From a virus, in IMG/VR virus record IMGVR_UViG_3300005805_000049, positions 1 through 64,000 of that record: a DNA stretch of 64,000 bases, one strand, 5' to 3'. Of the stretch, positions 38,555-46,912 are shown one piece after another. The notes under the pieces are model-generated. The model was not told the DNA's origin. It searched no databases and worked only from the letters and a program-made list of their open reading frames with translations. Each line of letters starts with the position of its first letter. Within the stretch, counting starts at the first letter, position 1. The position numbers and the translations under genes were made by a program.

Positions 38555-39898
38555 ATGTTATCAGAACAACTAGTTGCAAAGTGGAAGCCAATTCTTGAGC
38601 ATGAAGAACTTTCACCAATTAAAGATCTTCATCGCCGTAATGTAACTGCAGCACTTCTCGAGAACACAGAAAAAGCTCTACGTGAAAACGCTGCTTACTC
38701 TTCACAGTTCCTAGTTGAAACACCAGTCAATGCGATGGGTGCTTCTTCTTCAACTGCAAGCGATGGCTCCATTGACATCTTCGATCCAGTTCTAATTTCT
38801 CTGGTTCGTCGTTCAATGCCAAACCTTATTGCGTATGACATCTGCGGCGTTCAGCCAATGACCGGTCCAACAGGACTAATCTTCGCAATGCGCGCCCGTT
38901 ATGCTAACCAAACTGGCACAGAAACCTTCTATCAAGAAGTTAACACTGCATTCTCTTCAGTCGTTACCGGTGCTAACACACTTGGTCAGAAGCACGTTGG
39001 TGATACACCAGGCAACACAACTGTAACAGCTAACCTTGCTGAAACCGGTCTATACAACTTTGGTTCCGGCATGTCAACAGCTCAAGCTGAAGCTCTTGGC
39101 GATGCTTCAAACGTTGCTTTTGCTCAAATGGCTTTCTCAATCGAGAAGGTTCCAGTAACTGCAAAGTCACGTGCTCTAAAAGCTGAGTACACGATGGAAC
39201 TCGCTCAGGACCTTAAAGCATCTCATGGTCTTGACGCTGAAACCGAACTATCTAACATTCTTTCTAGCGAAATTCTCGCAGAAATCAACCGTGAAGTAGT
39301 TCGTACAATCTACGTAACAGCTCAAAAAGGTGCAACAACCGGCACAACCACAGCTGGTATTTTCGATCTTGATACAGACTCAAACGGCCGCTGGTCAGTT
39401 GAAAAGTTCAAGGGCCTAATGTTCCAAATCGAACGTGAAGCTAACAAGATTGCCAAAGACACCCGTAGAGGTAAGGGTAACGTAATCATCTGCTCTTCAG
39501 ATGTTGCTTCTGCTCTACAAATGGCTGGCATTCTCGATTATGCTCCAGCTCTAAATTCAAATCAGCTAAACGTCGACGATACTGGCAATACATTTGCTGG
39601 TGTTCTCAACGGTCGTATGCGCGTTTACATCGATCCATATGCAACCGGTTCTAACTACATGGTAGTTGGTTATAAGGGTCCTGGTCCATTCGATGCTGGT
39701 CTATTCTACTGCCCATACGTTCCACTACAAATGGTTCGTGCAGTCGATCAGGATTCATTCCATCCAAAGATCGGGTTTAAGACTCGTTATGGCATGGTTG
39801 CAAATCCATTCGCTGAAGGTTCAACAGCTGGTGCTGGTGCTCTAACAAAAGACTCTAACGTATACTACCGCAGAGTGCTTGTTACAAACCTCATGTAA
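38555..39898 (+). CDS. gp23: Major capsid protein gp23
   Basis: PVLISLVRR..PNLIAYDICGVQPMTGPTGLIFAMR, KSRALKAEYTMELAQDLKA.HGLDAE.EL, GFKTRYG. Confidence 0.98.
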   Translation: MLSEQLVAKWKPILEHEELSPIKDLHRRNVTAALLENTEKALRENAAYSSQFLVETPVNAMGASSSTASDGSIDIFDPVLISLVRRSMPNLIAYDICGVQPMTGPTGLIFAMRARYANQTGTETFYQEVNTAFSSVVTGANTLGQKHVGDTPGNTTVTANLAETGLYNFGSGMSTAQAEALGDASNVAFAQMAFSIEKVPVTAKSRALKAEYTMELAQDLKASHGLDAETELSNILSSEILAEINREVVRTIYVTAQKGATTGTTTAGIFDLDTDSNGRWSVEKFKGLMFQIEREANKIAKDTRRGKGNVIICSSDVASALQMAGILDYAPALNSNQLNVDDTGNTFAGVLNGRMRVYIDPYATGSNYMVVGYKGPGPFDAGLFYCPYVPLQMVRAVDQDSFHPKIGFKTRYGMVANPFAEGSTAGAGALTKDSNVYYRRVLVTNLM

Positions 39899-39920
39899 GG
39901 TTTGTCAAATAACCAACTAG

Positions 39921-39948
39921 AAAGAGGGGCAGTTGCCCCTCTTTTTTT
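39921..39948 (+). terminator. Rho-independent terminator after gp23 (probably bidirectional)
   Basis: AAAGAGGGGC-AGTT-GCCCCTCTTT plus T-tract. Confidence 0.9.
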
Positions 39949-39995
39949 ATGCCAACAGCCATTTAGGAGCATCACGTTTGGTATACTTTATTACC

Positions 39996-40283
39996 TCAAA
40001 CGAGATGCTTGTTCTTGTAAGCATGGACGAGTGCACGTTCAGCTTCATCCTCAACGTTGTTGCGATATATCAACCGTCCATTATAGACCTTTGCAAAAAG
40101 CCGACCTCTTTCATATGCCCACGCTTCTTTGCAACCTGCAATATCGTAATTGAAAGGCTTGTTGGTCAACACGGAATTATATCCCAGCTGAAACCAGCCG
40201 TTTCTGATGATTTGCTTGTAAGTCGTCTTGACAACACGAGTATTTCCCGACTGATACGCCTTGCTCTTGCGAGTGTTAGCCAT
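39996..40283 (-). CDS. Basic hypothetical protein, the only credible minus-strand gene
   Basis: 95 aa; AAAGGA RBS and its own sigma70-like promoter on the minus strand. Confidence 0.7.
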   Translation of the reverse strand: MANTRKSKAYQSGNTRVVKTTYKQIIRNGWFQLGYNSVLTNKPFNYDIAGCKEAWAYERGRLFAKVYNGRLIYRNNVEDEAERALVHAYKNKHLV

Positions 40284-40312
40284 GTCGAAGTCCTTTCGAT
40301 TGCTTCAAAGGC

Positions 40313-40340
40313 AACATACACCAATAGTTGAACAGGTCAA
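40313..40340 (-). promoter_or_regulatory. Sigma70-like promoter TTGACC-N16-TATGTT
   Basis: Reverse complement TTGACCTGTTCAACTATTGGTGTATGTT, upstream of the minus-strand ORF. Confidence 0.65.
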
Positions 40341-40371
40341 CAGCTAAATTTGCTAGATGATAAATAATAAA

Positions 40372-40476
40372 TGAGAGATAAGGTGTTGCGTACTCTCAAC
40401 CAAATCCTCTGAATAACGAGAATTAAAAAAACACCAACAGAGGATATCTAAGGGAGCTTTTCAGCTCCCTTTTTTT
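40372..40476 (+). ncRNA. Candidate structured small RNA (two hairpins with loop-loop pairing, then terminator)
   Basis: GATAAATA late-type promoter at 40359; stems TGAGAG/CTCTCA and ATCCTCTG/CAGAGGAT; loops GGTGTT and AACACC are complementary. Confidence 0.5.
40450..40476 (+). terminator. Rho-independent terminator
   Basis: AAGGGAGCT-TTTC-AGCTCCCTT plus T-tract. Confidence 0.85.
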
Positions 40477-40512
40477 GTTTTGATAAATACTATCATTTCA
40501 AGGAGATTTGCA

Positions 40513-40902
40513 ATGGCAAGACCTAAAGGCTCACCAAATAAAAACAAATTACAGCTCTCTCCAGACAAACAACTGTCTCCTGATCATGTTGCTGAAGTAA
40601 AACAAAAAGCTAAGGCCGCTCAATCGAAGAGAAAGCCTCGGAAAACAGAAACGGAAAAGATCGAAAATGCGTTAGATACGATCCGTAAAATGATGGGACA
40701 AAAAAGAGCAAAGGCTGCTGTAAAACCATCTGATAATTATGATGTTGGTTACAAATTTGCTGAACCTTTAGCGGGAAAGAGAAAAACTGCAGCTGAACTG
40801 GCAAAGATCGCATTGGAAAAGGATCCTTCACGCGACAGATCGATTGAAACGACTGAAACTTATGCTAAAGCTAGACTAAAAAGAGTAAAAGGGTCACAAT
40901 AA
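40513..40902 (+). CDS. Basic protein with AT-hook-like RPKGSPNK motif
   Basis: AGGAG RBS, ATG 40513, GATAAATA at 40482; Lys/Arg-rich. Confidence 0.65.
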   Translation: MARPKGSPNKNKLQLSPDKQLSPDHVAEVKQKAKAAQSKRKPRKTETEKIENALDTIRKMMGQKRAKAAVKPSDNYDVGYKFAEPLAGKRKTAAELAKIALEKDPSRDRSIETTETYAKARLKRVKGSQ

Positions 40903-42183
40903 ATGTTATCGTTTAAGCAATACATTCTAGAACAACAGATTATCCTTGAAGATAGGATATCTTTTATCAAAAAGCAGTTTCCTGGCAATGAACACGTTGT
41001 CGACTTTTTTGCTACAAATGCAGATCCGACACCAAACAAAATCCACACACAGTGGATTATGAATCAGTATAAAAAAGGCAATATTAAACACGAAGACCAC
41101 GAACGAGTTCGAAATGCATTGGAACATTTTGGTAATCCAGCAGTAAAGAGACAATTAAAGGCTGCTGGACACCCAACTGATGTTAATCAGCATAGTTTAT
41201 CTAGCCTAGAATCGGCTATTGCTCCCCACATTGGTGCAAAATCACGCAAGCAACAACAAAAAGAAATTAAAGTTGAAGGTGCTGATTTAGTTCACAACGA
41301 CAAGCAATTAGGGGTTACTGTCCATCACATAAAGACTGAACAGGCTTCTTGTGCGTATGGTGCGAACACAAAATGGTGCACGTCCGGAGAAAAAGACAAT
41401 CAGTTTAAACGTCATGATAAATTGGGCCCTGTTTATGTTGTTCAACATCAAGGAAAGAAATACCAGTTCCACACTGCTACTGCTCAGTTAAAAGACGAAC
41501 AAAACCAAGATGTTTCGTTCAAGGATTTGCACCCAGACATTGCAAAATCATTGGGACAATCGACACATTCAGAAATTGCAAAAGCAAATGTTATGTTTGG
41601 CAATCCTCATGCGGCAGCCGATCACTTGACAAAAGCATTATCGGATAGCGACTCGTTGCTTCGTCAAAAGGCAATCCAACACCCAAATGTTACAGCGGAG
41701 CACATAACAAAGGCTCTAAATGACGATAATTGGAAAGTTCGAGAAGCTGCTATTAAACATCCAAACGCAACGTCAGAACACGTAAGCAAGGCATTAAACG
41801 ATACAGATGCTAAAGTGGTTAAAGCAGCAATTCAACACCCAAAAATGAGTGCAGAACATATTACAACAGCTCTTGAAACTGGAGAATCTCTTACACGACA
41901 TACCGTAATGCAGCACCCAGCAGCTACTGCTGAACATATAACAAAAGCTCTAGCAGATAGAAACTCTAGTGTTCGTGTTATAGCTCTCAGACACCCAAAC
42001 GTCAATATACAACATTTAGAAGTTGCTTCAAAAAGCAATGACCCCTCACTACGTGCTGCAGCGATGTATCATCCAAAAGCAACGATGGAGCAACTAAAAG
42101 TCGGATTAAAAGATCCTGATCCAGTTGTTTCAGATGCTGCATATACAGCACATAAAAGAAAAATAGCAGCAGGAGAAAAGTAA
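40903..42183 (+). CDS. Putative internal virion protein with C-terminal HEAT-like repeats
   Basis: MLSFKQYILE leader; central YG..TKWCT...YQFH domain; ~25-aa EHITKAL.D....VR..AI.HPN repeats. Confidence 0.7.
   Translation: MLSFKQYILEQQIILEDRISFIKKQFPGNEHVVDFFATNADPTPNKIHTQWIMNQYKKGNIKHEDHERVRNALEHFGNPAVKRQLKAAGHPTDVNQHSLSSLESAIAPHIGAKSRKQQQKEIKVEGADLVHNDKQLGVTVHHIKTEQASCAYGANTKWCTSGEKDNQFKRHDKLGPVYVVQHQGKKYQFHTATAQLKDEQNQDVSFKDLHPDIAKSLGQSTHSEIAKANVMFGNPHAAADHLTKALSDSDSLLRQKAIQHPNVTAEHITKALNDDNWKVREAAIKHPNATSEHVSKALNDTDAKVVKAAIQHPKMSAEHITTALETGESLTRHTVMQHPAATAEHITKALADRNSSVRVIALRHPNVNIQHLEVASKSNDPSLRAAAMYHPKATMEQLKVGLKDPDPVVSDAAYTAHKRKIAAGEK
41600..42150 (+). repeat. About seven tandem 25-aa HEAT-like repeats
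   Basis: H(I/L/V)(T/S)KAL.D...R..A..HP recurs with 75-nt period. Boundaries approximate. Confidence 0.8.
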
Positions 42184-42731
42184 TGGATGCAAGATTAGAA
42201 ACTCCTGAATCGATCAATTTCGTTAATCCTCTTCTTTTCAAGTTCCAGATAAAGAAGACTCCGACTACAAATTACTTTGTTCAGAGTGTTAACATTCCCG
42301 GAATCTCGATGAGAGAAGTTGAGCAACCAAACCCTTTCGTCAAAATTCCTTATGGAGGAGACCATCTATTATTTGACGATTTGATGATTAACTATAAAGT
42401 CGATGAAGATCTGAATAACTACTTGGAAATCTACAATTGGATTAAGTCAATGGGATTTCCTGATAACTTTGGACAATATAAGTCTCTTGCTGACTTACCA
42501 AAAACGTCAGGAGAAGGGCTGGTATCAGATATCTCTTTAGTTATTCTTTCTAATGCAAGAATACCAACTTATGAAGTATTGTTCAGAGACGCTTTTCCTG
42601 TTTCAACGTCTTCTCTAATTTTCGATACAACCAAACCAGACGTTGAGTTTCTCGAAGCGTCTGCAACATTTCGTTATACATCGTTTTCAATAAAGTCAGT
42701 AAATGATCCAACAACTGGACAAAGTGGTTGA
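42183..42731 (+). CDS. gp3: Tail completion/tube terminator gp3-like
   Basis: NF..P..FKF.I...P...YF.QSVNIPGIS, VDEDL.NY.EIYNW, F.DAFP.S...L.F. Confidence 0.85.
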   Translation: MDARLETPESINFVNPLLFKFQIKKTPTTNYFVQSVNIPGISMREVEQPNPFVKIPYGGDHLLFDDLMINYKVDEDLNNYLEIYNWIKSMGFPDNFGQYKSLADLPKTSGEGLVSDISLVILSNARIPTYEVLFRDAFPVSTSSLIFDTTKPDVEFLEASATFRYTSFSIKSVNDPTTGQSG

Positions 42732-42780
42732 TTTTTGCTAAATGTAGTGTATATTAATGAATATTTGTGAGGAGAAATCA

Positions 42781-43212
42781 ATGAAGATTGAACAAATTGA
42801 ACAGCTGTGGTCTGATGATAGCACAATCAACACAACCGATCTAACTAAAGAAACGATCAAGATCCCACAACTGCATGCTAAGTACTATGCAATTTATGTC
42901 AAGCAAAGGCTACTTCTCGTCAAGTTAAAGGCTGCTTATAAACAGTTAAAACTAGAGAAGTATGAATTTCTAATCAATCCTACTGAAGAAAAAGTCAAGG
43001 CTGGGTGGAAAATACCAGCTCAAGGTAAACTGCTAAAGAATGAGGTTGCTCAATACCTTGAAGGCGACCAACAATTAATTGAAATGGAATTGAAGATTGG
43101 AATCCAAGAAGAGAAAGTTGGATATCTAAAGTCGATCATTGATTCGATCAATACTCGCAACTTTCTAATTAAGAACATCTTGGATGACCGTAAATTTATG
43201 AATGGGGGATAA
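42781..43212 (+). CDS. uvsY: Recombination mediator UvsY
   Basis: W..DS.I, IPQLHAKY, RNF.IKN....KF..G; upstream of uvsW. Confidence 0.88.
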   Translation: MKIEQIEQLWSDDSTINTTDLTKETIKIPQLHAKYYAIYVKQRLLLVKLKAAYKQLKLEKYEFLINPTEEKVKAGWKIPAQGKLLKNEVAQYLEGDQQLIEMELKIGIQEEKVGYLKSIIDSINTRNFLIKNILDDRKFMNGG

Positions 43213-44651
43213 TGGACACAGTTTATATTGAATTTTACAATCAGTCACACATTCATGTAACTGGTTCCGATAATGGAATTGAAGGAGAACTCGCAGAGTT
43301 CTTCAAGTTTCGTGTTAAAGGATATCAATATATGCCTGCATACCGAAGAGGTGTGTGGGATGGTTTTGTTAGGTTATACGATACACGAACGAAACTGCTT
43401 TACAGAGGTTTGTTCAATCATGTTGTAGAGTTCTGTCAAAAGCGAAACTATAACATCGACTACCCCAGCGAATTTGCAAACACTCAATTTGCTATGACTG
43501 AAGCGATTGCTGCAATCAAACAGCAAAATCTGCCTATTGAGCCAAGAGATTATCAAATCAAGGCTTTCACGGACTGCATTCGTCAGAATAGAGCTGTCAT
43601 AGTTTCTCCAACTGGTTCTGGCAAGTCTTTAATTATCTACATGCTGTGCAAGTATTACAACCTAAAGACTTTGATCATCGTTCCAACCACTGGTCTTGTT
43701 CACCAAATGAATGACGATTTTGTCAGTTACGGATACGACCAGCCTATACACAAAATTTATTCAGGAAAAGATAAACACTCAGACTGTCAATTCAATGTTA
43801 CCACTTGGCAGTCTATTCATAAAATGCCAAAAGATTGGTACAATCAATTTGACTTGGTAATCTGTGATGAGGCTCATCTTGCAAAAGCAACATCAATTAC
43901 CAAGATAATTTCATCAATGACTAACTGCAAATACAAGTTCGGATTAACTGGTAGCTTGGATGGTAGTCAGGTTTCTGCTTTGCAGTTGACTGGATTATTT
44001 GGCCCAATCATTAAAGTAACGACAACGTCTGAGCTAATTGAACAGAAACACCTATCGGATTTCAAAGTTAAATGCATTGTTCTTCATTATCCACAAGCAG
44101 TGCGTAATGCAGTTCGCTCATTCGATTATTCAAAAGAACTAGAATATATCGTTACAAATGTTGAGCGAAACAAGGTAATCAGCAAACTAGCAGCATCAAC
44201 GGTCGGTAACACTTTAGTGCTGTTTCAATTTGTTGAAAAGCACGGTGAACCGTTGTACCAAATGATAAAACAGATTACTGATCGGCCAGTGTATTTTATA
44301 CACGGAGCAGTAGATGGAGAAGTTCGTAACTCAATTCGATCGGAGATTGAAACGCTAGACAATGCTATTATTGTTGCTAGTGTTCAAGTATTCTCGACTG
44401 GAATAAATATCAAGAACCTGGCTAATGTGATTTTTGCGTCACCTTCCAAGTCACGTGTTCGCACTTTGCAGTCAATTGGTCGTGTTCTACGAAAAAGTGA
44501 TAATAAAACTCAAGCTACGTTATATGATATAGCAGACAATCTATCATGGAACAAGCGACAAAACTATACACTAATCCATTTGTTTGAAAGGATTCGAATT
44601 TACCAGCAAGAACAGTTCCCATACAAAACATACAATGTGGAGATTAAATAA
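43212..44651 (+). CDS. uvsW: SF2 DNA helicase UvsW
   Basis: SPTGSGKS, DEAH, GLTGS, FSTGINI, QSIGRVLR. Confidence 0.95.
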   Translation: MDTVYIEFYNQSHIHVTGSDNGIEGELAEFFKFRVKGYQYMPAYRRGVWDGFVRLYDTRTKLLYRGLFNHVVEFCQKRNYNIDYPSEFANTQFAMTEAIAAIKQQNLPIEPRDYQIKAFTDCIRQNRAVIVSPTGSGKSLIIYMLCKYYNLKTLIIVPTTGLVHQMNDDFVSYGYDQPIHKIYSGKDKHSDCQFNVTTWQSIHKMPKDWYNQFDLVICDEAHLAKATSITKIISSMTNCKYKFGLTGSLDGSQVSALQLTGLFGPIIKVTTTSELIEQKHLSDFKVKCIVLHYPQAVRNAVRSFDYSKELEYIVTNVERNKVISKLAASTVGNTLVLFQFVEKHGEPLYQMIKQITDRPVYFIHGAVDGEVRNSIRSEIETLDNAIIVASVQVFSTGINIKNLANVIFASPSKSRVRTLQSIGRVLRKSDNKTQATLYDIADNLSWNKRQNYTLIHLFERIRIYQQEQFPYKTYNVEIK

Positions 44652-45052
44652 TGAGTAACATTCAATACTTCAAACTAATTAATGGAACAGAGTTGATAGC
44701 TGATGTTATCTTTGAGGATGAACAGTTTGTTGAAGTTAAGCAACCTTTAAGTGTTGAGCAAGTGCCATCAGAAGATGGCCGTGACACAATACTATTAATG
44801 CCATATGCACCATTCAATCAGACTGCTTATATTGAAATTAGCAAATCGCATTTGATTGCTAAATATGCAGTCGAACCTGTACTAGAAAACTATTATAAAC
44901 TGTCAGCAGTGTTTACTGATAAACATGAACGACATCTAACTGAAGAGATTGAACAGATCAATCAACGAATGAAAGACTTGATCTATGATAGCCTGGATGA
45001 AGAGATGTTTGATGGTAGAGTATTCAAAACGCAATCAAAGTCAATTAACTAA
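44651..45052 (+). CDS. Conserved hypothetical protein between uvsW and gp55 (Sm-like N-terminus)
   Basis: KLINGTELIA motif; synteny. Confidence 0.65.
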   Translation: MSNIQYFKLINGTELIADVIFEDEQFVEVKQPLSVEQVPSEDGRDTILLMPYAPFNQTAYIEISKSHLIAKYAVEPVLENYYKLSAVFTDKHERHLTEEIEQINQRMKDLIYDSLDEEMFDGRVFKTQSKSIN

Positions 45053-45073
45053 TTGCTTGATTGTCACAAAGTG

Positions 45074-45101
45074 ATTATACACTCAGTGAAAAACAGGTCA
45101 A
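45074..45101 (-). promoter_or_regulatory. Antisense sigma70-like promoter TTGACC-N16-TATAAT
   Basis: Reverse complement TTGACCTGTTTTTCACTGAGTGTATAAT, back-to-back with the gp55 RBS. Confidence 0.6.
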
Positions 45102-45113
45102 GGAGAAAATGCA

Positions 45114-45638
45114 ATGGCCAGTAAAAATTATGTCAATAATGCGACTTTGCTACAACATCTGAAAGTTTACCTAGAGCAGTTGCGTGAAGCAAAACAACAG
45201 CAGTTGCCAGAACCTAAAATTCCCGAATACATTGGCAGTTGTATTTTATTGATCGCAACCCGTCTTGCCAACAAGCCTAATTTTGCGGGGTATTCGTTCA
45301 AGGAAGAAATGATCAGTGATGGAATCGAAAACAGTTTAATGTACCTTCACAATTTCAACCCCGACAAATCTAGCAACCCATTTGCATACTTTACTCAAAT
45401 CATTAAATTTGCGTTCATTCGAAGAATACAGAAGGAAAAAAAGCAACACTATATAAAGGTCAAGAATCTTGAGAATCTTGCTTTTGAGGACATGATTGAG
45501 AATAATGAGCTGAAGCCAGTTGAAGTTAATGAAATAACTCAATCGTTTGTCGATGATTATGAAAGCAAGTTGACAACCAAGAAAAAACCTGCTATATTAG
45601 CAAATACTGTTAGTAAATTCTTCGTAGAGGTAAAATAA
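45114..45638 (+). CDS. gp55: Late transcription sigma factor gp55
   Basis: NYVNN, KPNF.GY....EMISDGIEN, NPFAYFTQI...AF.RRI.KEKKQ. Confidence 0.95.
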   Translation: MASKNYVNNATLLQHLKVYLEQLREAKQQQLPEPKIPEYIGSCILLIATRLANKPNFAGYSFKEEMISDGIENSLMYLHNFNPDKSSNPFAYFTQIIKFAFIRRIQKEKKQHYIKVKNLENLAFEDMIENNELKPVEVNEITQSFVDDYESKLTTKKKPAILANTVSKFFVEVK

Positions 45639-45639
45639 A

Positions 45640-45813
45640 ATGAACGAGCAAAAAAGAAATCAATTGCCAGCTATCATCGTTGAATACATTGACAAAATTA
45701 ATGATAATACAAGTCCAAGACATCAGCGAGATATCTATTGTTTGATGTTGGAGAGAGTTCGTGATGCATGCGACGAACAGATTCGTCTATTCAAAAGAAC
45801 TAATCGTCGTTAA
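45640..45813 (+). CDS. Small hypothetical protein (57 aa, not in ORF track)
   Basis: GAGG RBS; MNEQKRNQLPAIIVEY...; sigma70-like TTGACA...TATATT upstream inside gp55. Confidence 0.55.
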   Translation: MNEQKRNQLPAIIVEYIDKINDNTSPRHQRDIYCLMLERVRDACDEQIRLFKRTNRR

Positions 45814-45833
45814 AACAATGAAAGAACCATTCC

Positions 45834-46904
45834 GTGACAAAAATTGCTATTGTGACCGATACCCATTTTGGGATTAGATCAGATTCGCCTCAGTTCCTAA
45901 AACATCAAGTTCAATTCTTTGAACAAACATTCTTCCCCGAGATTGATTCTCGGGGAATTTCTACTATCATTCACCTCGGCGATCTTGTCGATCGGCGAAA
46001 GTTTATTAACTTCAACACATTGTCTGTACTAAAGCACAATTTCATCGATAAATTGAATCGATATGATTTCCACATTATTGCAGGCAATCATGATGTGTTT
46101 TATAAGTCAACGAACGAGCTAAATGCTTTAGATCTGCTGATTGACAGTAACAATCACAACATTAAAATCTACATCGATCCAGCAGAAGTAAATATCGACG
46201 GAATTCCAATTGTGTTTGTTCCATGGATTAATCAACAAAACTCCGAACAGACTTTTCAGTTGATTGCAAATACCAATAGCCAACTTTGTTTTGGTCATTT
46301 GGAGATTGCTGGGTTCGAGATGTTTAAAGGGTCGGTGTGTGATCATGGGTTGCAACATTCAATTTTTAATAAGTTCGATTGCGTATTAACTGGCCATTTT
46401 CATCACAAATCCAGCAAAGCCAACATCCATTATCTTGGCGCTCCCTATCAAATGACGTGGTCAGATTATGGATATCAACGGGGGTTTCACATCTTTGATT
46501 TAGAAACTCGACAATTGGAATTCATCGTTAACCCTCAAACAATGTTCGTTCGGTTAGTTTATGACGATGCAGAATTTACTATTGAACAGATGCTCGAGCA
46601 GGTTAGCAAGTCAAATCTTGTAGACAAGTTCTGTAAAGTTGACATCATTAACAAGAGTAACCCTTATGGATTTGACTTAATTTTTGATGCAATCGAGCAA
46701 CAGAAACCTTATGACATCAAAATTAACGATTTGCCATCAATTGTTGACGACCAGCAGATTGACTATCATACTCAGGTGCAAGATACTCAGACGTTGATCT
46801 TTAGTGCAGTTGATCGATTGGAGATCAATTGTAACAAGACTGAATTGAAGCAATTAATGGGTGAATTGTACATTCAAGCGTTGGAAGTTGATATAAACAG
46901 TTAA
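45834..46904 (+). CDS. gp47: Recombination endonuclease gp47 (Mre11/SbcD-like)
   Basis: DTHFG, HLGDLVD, GNHD, GHFH phosphoesterase motifs. Confidence 0.95.
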   Translation: MTKIAIVTDTHFGIRSDSPQFLKHQVQFFEQTFFPEIDSRGISTIIHLGDLVDRRKFINFNTLSVLKHNFIDKLNRYDFHIIAGNHDVFYKSTNELNALDLLIDSNNHNIKIYIDPAEVNIDGIPIVFVPWINQQNSEQTFQLIANTNSQLCFGHLEIAGFEMFKGSVCDHGLQHSIFNKFDCVLTGHFHHKSSKANIHYLGAPYQMTWSDYGYQRGFHIFDLETRQLEFIVNPQTMFVRLVYDDAEFTIEQMLEQVSKSNLVDKFCKVDIINKSNPYGFDLIFDAIEQQKPYDIKINDLPSIVDDQQIDYHTQVQDTQTLIFSAVDRLEINCNKTELKQLMGELYIQALEVDINS

Positions 46905-46912
46905 GGACAATA

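Noticed and set aside
28542-39898. Introns or inteins in gp17, gp20 or gp23
   Set aside because: Frames are continuous with normal lengths and no recognisable intein motifs.
39902-40331. Plus-strand ORFs 39902-40153 and 39933-40331
   Set aside because: They start in or run through the gp23 terminator and lack an RBS; the minus-strand ORF has both promoter and RBS.
40372-40445. Resemblance of the candidate ncRNA to a glycine riboswitch or hammerhead ribozyme
   Set aside because: Shares short words (GAGAG, CTCTCA, CCTCTG, ACACC) but not their order or the CCGAAG core; no CUGANGA/GAAA hammerhead core.
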